Below, piece after piece: positions 59,414 to 64,000 of a stretch of 64,000 bases of DNA (position 1 is the stretch's first letter; the number at the start of each line of letters is the position of its first letter). Below the pieces are notes generated by a model that was not told the DNA's origin, made no database searches, and worked only from the letters and a program-made list of their open reading frames with translations. Made by a program: the position numbers and the translations under genes. The stretch spans positions 62,001-126,000 of the forward strand of contig QPMI01000161.1 of assembly GCA_004431415.1 (NCBI GenBank). Reading direction: 5' to 3'. This stretch comes from Cyanophora paradoxa CCMP329. Lineage: Eukaryota > Plantae > Glaucophyta.

Positions 59414-60882
59414 TTAAGAATGCCAAGAATGGCGAGGAGGGTCGGGAGGGGGTGCGGGGAGGAGGGCGCCCCTATCGGTCGCGGTCGCCGGCGCGGCGCT
59501 CGCTGCGGGCGAAGGAGATGTAGAGCCCCTCGTTGTCGTTCCGGTCCATCCGGTACCCCTGAGCGCCGGAAGGCGTGTGAGGAGAGGCGCGGGGCGTCGC
59601 AGAGGGGAGGGGAGGGGAGGGGCGGGGGCGGGCCTGGGAGGAGCGGAGGGCGATGAAGGCCTGGACGCGGTCCTCGAACTCGACGAAGCCGTACTTGCCC
59701 TGCCCCGACTTCCGCTCCAGCAGCCGCACCGACAGGTACCCCGCGAACGGCCGGAAGATGTCTGCCCACCGTCACCGCGGGAGCAAGGGTCGCGGGGGTA
59801 CAGGGTAGAAGAAGCGCGCACGGGCGATCTCGCGCTCGGTGGCGTCGCCGGGAACGCCCTGCACGTAGAGGGTCTTGGTCGCCTCCATGGGCACCTCCCG
59901 CGGCTGCTCGCGCTCAGCCGAGGGCGAACGAAGGCGCCCGTGGCGGGGTACGGGCGTACGTCGACCAGGGGCATGCCGAGGCCCATCGGGGCGCCCTGCC
60001 GACAGCGGCGCGCGCGCGTTAGCGGGGGCACGGGCCGGGTGCCGGCCGGGCGAGGCGAGACGGGGCTCGGCGGCGCGGGCGGCGGGCGGGCGCGGGGCGG
60101 GGCATGCGGGGTCGGGCGGCGGCGGAGCGGCAAGAAGGTACTCACGGCCATGAAGGGGTATGCGGCGGGGCCGGGGAAGAAGCCAGGGTCCATGAACGAG
60201 GGGTAGCCGGGCATTGGGGGCGGGAAGAAGGCGTCTCGGCCGCGCCCGGGCGGGCTTCGGGACCGGCGGCGCTCCCGGCGGTCGTCTACACGGCGGGCGG
60301 CGGCGGGGCGGTCGGAGGCGGCCGGTGGGCGATCAGGGGAGGGGCGAAGGCTAGGCACTGGCTCGGTCCCTCTAGGGATGCCGGACACAACGGCGCACCC
60401 GTCTCGTCGTCCCGCCCGCGCTTGGGCCGACTCGAAGCACTCCTCGCGAACTCGACGGGTGGAACGCGCCGGTCAAGGGCACGCAGGCGGGCCGGAGAGG
60501 CGCGTGGGCGGGGCGGCGCGAAGGATATCGAGCGGCTTCGCCGCGTTCTCCAGCCGCGTCCCGTCCAGCTTGTCCTTCGCGTGCTCCGCCGATCCCCTGT
60601 CCCGAAACTCGATGAAGCCGACGAGACTGCATGTCTCGTCAGCCTTTGAGCGGAACTGAAGGGGCTGGCGGGTGGATGGCGGGCAATTATGATTCGGGCT
60701 TCGCGAGCTCGCGAGCACCCCGACTTTGCTACTGGTCAAGCTTACCTGCCATTCCGGTCCGAGCGGAGCCGCGAGGACACGTATCCTGGGAGCGAGTTCA
60801 CTTGCTGCTGAAAAGCATCTTCCGACATTCCATGCGGCAGCTCCGCGACAAACAAAGTTGTGCTGTCGCTATTTTCTGCCAT
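59414..60882 (-). CDS. Two-RRM RNA-binding protein (RBPMS/plant NSR-like)
   Basis: TTLFVAELP...VGFIEF and TKTLYVQGVPGDATEREIA|HIFRPFAGY..VRL...YGFVEF...QGYRMD...LYISFAR. Confidence 0.8.
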
Positions 60883-61069
60883 CTGCGCTGTCGCCTCTTG
60901 CGTTAGAACGCGACGATCGGCTCTCGAATGGCGAGGTCCGATCAGGATTGCGAACCTCACAACTTGGTTTCAAACAGCTTGTTTCGATGGGTCTGCACTC
61001 CGGCTCCTGCTTCGCTGTGGGTTCCGCTTGCTGGGGGAGGGGACGAATCGCCTCCCGGGTACGCCGCTC

Positions 61070-63126
61070 ATGACAGCGCGGACGCTCCACCTCATCCTCC
61101 TTCTCGCAACCTTCGCCCTCGCCCTCTCGCACGGCCCCGGAGCGCATCTCCATCACAGCGGTCACACTTCGAATTCGCTAGGTCATCCGGCAGCGGCAGT
61201 GGCAAATATGGCGGCGACTCGCGAGCAGTACGATGTCATCGTCGTGGGCGGCGGCTTTGCGGGCCTCGCGGCGGCCCTCGAGGCCTCTGACGCGGGTGCG
61301 AGCGTCGCCATCCTCGAGAAGGAGCCCAAGACCGGCGGCAACTCGGCCAAGGCCTCCTCGGGTGAGCGCGTGCACCGCGTCCGCCGCGCGTCATTCTTCC
61401 GCATTGCATGCAGCTGCCCTGTAAAAATTCTCAGTCCTCACTGACGTCGCGTCTGCTGCCCGCCAGGCATGAATTCGGTCGGAACGGCCGCGCAGGAGAA
61501 GCGCAACATCCCGGACACGAAGGAGCTCTTCACGGAGGACACAATCAAGTCCGGCGACGGGCTTTCGGACCCCGAGCTCGTACGCATCCTTGCGGAGAAC
61601 GCCAAGGGCGCCATCGAATGGCTCAACAAGATGGGCCAGAACGAGACTTTGAAGATGAACGGTGCGCTGGCGGGTCTCGTCAAGCGTGGCGCCCGTACCT
61701 TTGCTGAAGTTCCTTGCCTCTGTCGTTTCGCGTCGTAGACGTCGTGCTGTGCGGCGGACACGCGGTCCCGCGGACCCACCGGTCAGAGGCGGACCCGTCG
61801 GGGAAGCCCGCCCCGAACATCGGCTTCGAGATCGTCTCGACGCTGGCGAAGCGCGTGAAGGAGCGCGCGCAACTGATCGACACCATCACGGGCGCCCACG
61901 TCGTGGGGCTCCTCCGCGACGACTCGGGCGCCGTCGTCGGCGTCGAGTTCCACCAGCACCCCGCCCCGCCGGCGCCGGGCGCGCCCGCGCAGGCGCCAGC
62001 CAGCGGCGAGCACAGCGGTCCCGTCCTCAAGGTTCGCCTGACTGGTCGAGACTCGCGCTGCCGTCGCGCCGCCGCCGCCGCCGCCGCGCCACCTGACACC
62101 GCGCGCGCGCAGCTGAAGGCGAAGGCCGTCGTCCTCGCGGCGGGCGGCTACGCGGCCGACCGCGCGGGCCTCCTGGCGAAGTACACGCCGGACAAGGCGA
62201 AGCTGGCGACGACGAACGGGGCGTGGGCGACGGGGGACGGCGTCAAGCTCGCGGAGCGCATCGGGGCCGACCTCATCCACATGGACAAGGTCCAGGTCCA
62301 CCCCACGGGCCTCGTCGACCCCGCCGACCCCACCGTTCGCTCCGCCCGCCCGCCCGCCCACCCGCCCCACCCCCGCTTCCCGGCCCGCCTGAGGCCGGGC
62401 GGGCGCAGGCGGGCACCAAGTTCCTGGGCCCGGAGGCTCTCCGCGGCGTCGGCGGCATCCTCATCAATCACGAGGGCAAGGTATCCCCTCCCCTCCCTCC
62501 CTCCCTCGCCCCGCGCCGCGTGATCGTTCTCGGCGCAGCGCTTTGTGAACGAGCTGGGGCGGCGCGACAACGTGACGTCGGCGATCTTCGCGCACTGCAA
62601 GCCGCTGGCCGTGTCGGCGCCGAAAGCCGCGGGCGGCACGGAGCCGCCAGTCGTAGCCTATCTCGTGCTCTCCGACGACGGCAAGGCCCGCTACGGCGCC
62701 GGCGCGATCAACTTCTACGCCTCGAAGAAGCTCTTCATCTCGTACCCCAACGCCAAGGCCTTCGCCGAGGGCGCCGGGCTCCCCGCCGAGGCCCTCGAGA
62801 AGGCCCTCGCCGAGTACTCGGCGGCGGCGGAGAGCGGCGCGGCGGACGCCTTCGGCCGCAAGGACCGCGCGGCGGCCCCGCGGCCGGACCAGCCGCTCCA
62901 CGTCGCGATCATGACGCCGTCGCTGCACTACACGATGGGCGGCGTCCGCATGTCCCCCAAGACCGAGCTGCTGGCCGGCGGGAAGCCCATCCCGGGCCTC
63001 TACGGCGCCGGCGAGGTGACGGGCGGGGTGCACGGCGAGAACCGCCTCGCCGGCAACTCTCTCCTCGAGTGCTGCGTCTTCGGTCGCATCGCTGGCCGCG
63101 AGGCGGCCGCCCGCGCCAAGCTCTGA
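61070..63126 (+). CDS. Soluble FAD-dependent fumarate reductase (Osm1/Frd1, flavocytochrome c-type) with signal peptide
   Basis: [82 protein letters not shown]. Confidence 0.9.
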
Positions 63127-64000
63127 GCATCGGGCCCCGCTCCCGCCCGCCCTCATTTCTTTATCGGCTTTCTCGCTTTTCCTTGAGTTCGAGCATGTCA
63201 TTAAAACCATGCATTTGATAGTGACACGTGATGTTCGCTAGCGGCTAGCTAGCAGCACATCTGTGGTCTAGGCTACCATGTACAGTTGTCCCGTCAGTCG
63301 GGACCTGCAGCTGCATTTCAGACACGACCAACGACATCTGGACTAGCCCTAGCAGCTGTTTGGCTAGCAGTGGGCCGCCGGTCGAGTCGTAAGGGCTCAG
63401 ACAGATAGGCAAGTGACGTCGAAAATCGAAATCGAATACCGAAGCTCGAGATCGAAACCTAGGTCTACTTACCCTACGGGCTTAAGATCAAAAGATCAAA
63501 GGTGCGGGCCGTGCCCGGAGGCTCGCCCGTTCCCGCCACGGACTGGCCGCTAAGGAGGAGGAATGCTGCCCGAGGGGGCCGGAACCCCAACGAGCCCCTC
63601 TCAAGCAACACGGTACCTCTCAAGCAACGCTTCCAACAGTGCGCTCATGTCGTGAGGAGGCTAATTATAAGGCTAGGTCTAGTTATGTGCCGAGCGCACG
63701 CGCAGGTTGGACATGCATTGCCGATCTGTGCGTGCGGCGGCTTCGCTACTCGGGGCCTTTCAACGTGGACCTGCCGGAGCCCTTTGTAATGCAGCTGCTG
63801 CGCTCCTCCGAGTTCCAGAAAGGGCTCGGCTTGACTCAGTGAATCTCGGCGAGGTGCGCCCTTGCGCCCCCATGCGCCGCGCGCTTTCGGCGCCCTGACG
63901 CAGCGATGCTATTTGTTCGTGTTTGTTTTGACTGTGCGCATGATTGCAAGGGGGGGTCAGCTGCTCAAACCCCCCTTGCTACCCGTCGGATTGTCTGTCC

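Noticed and set aside
63946-63979. Hairpin GCAAGGGGGG...CCCCCCTTGC, possible MITE or Helitron end
   Set aside because: It lies at the window edge, with no partner end or TSD visible.

Overview
Very GC-rich, intron-dense eukaryotic DNA. Introns are about 50-100 nt with CTGAC/CTGAG-like branch points and frequent GC donors. A nuclear ClpC with a Phe-containing transit peptide and no signal peptide suggests a primary-plastid alga, possibly a glaucophyte (inference). The centre of the window holds a compact, AT-rich, intron-free 12,185-bp endogenous Polinton-like virus (25860-38044). It has apparently identical 497-bp terminal inverted repeats and a 5-bp target-site duplication (AGTGC). It encodes an A32-type packaging ATPase, putative major and minor capsid proteins, an rve integrase and a large vOTU-like/PolB-like/SF1-helicase/HNH-like fusion. 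A shared upstream motif (CAAAAAATGAC...ACTTAAA) precedes its non-structural genes. It inserted exactly into the stop codon of a host class-3 lipase gene. Host genes around it include an HSL-type hydrolase, a prokaryote-type dCTP deaminase, a SnoaL-like protein, a HECT E3 ligase, a GTPase-like protein, ClpC, a GH20 hexosaminidase, a multi-WH2 protein, two AAA ATPases, a Sen1-like helicase, a two-RRM protein and an Osm1-like fumarate reductase. Host gene boundaries are approximate because exons were read by eye. Most long ORFs in the six-frame track outside the element are GC-rich artefacts.
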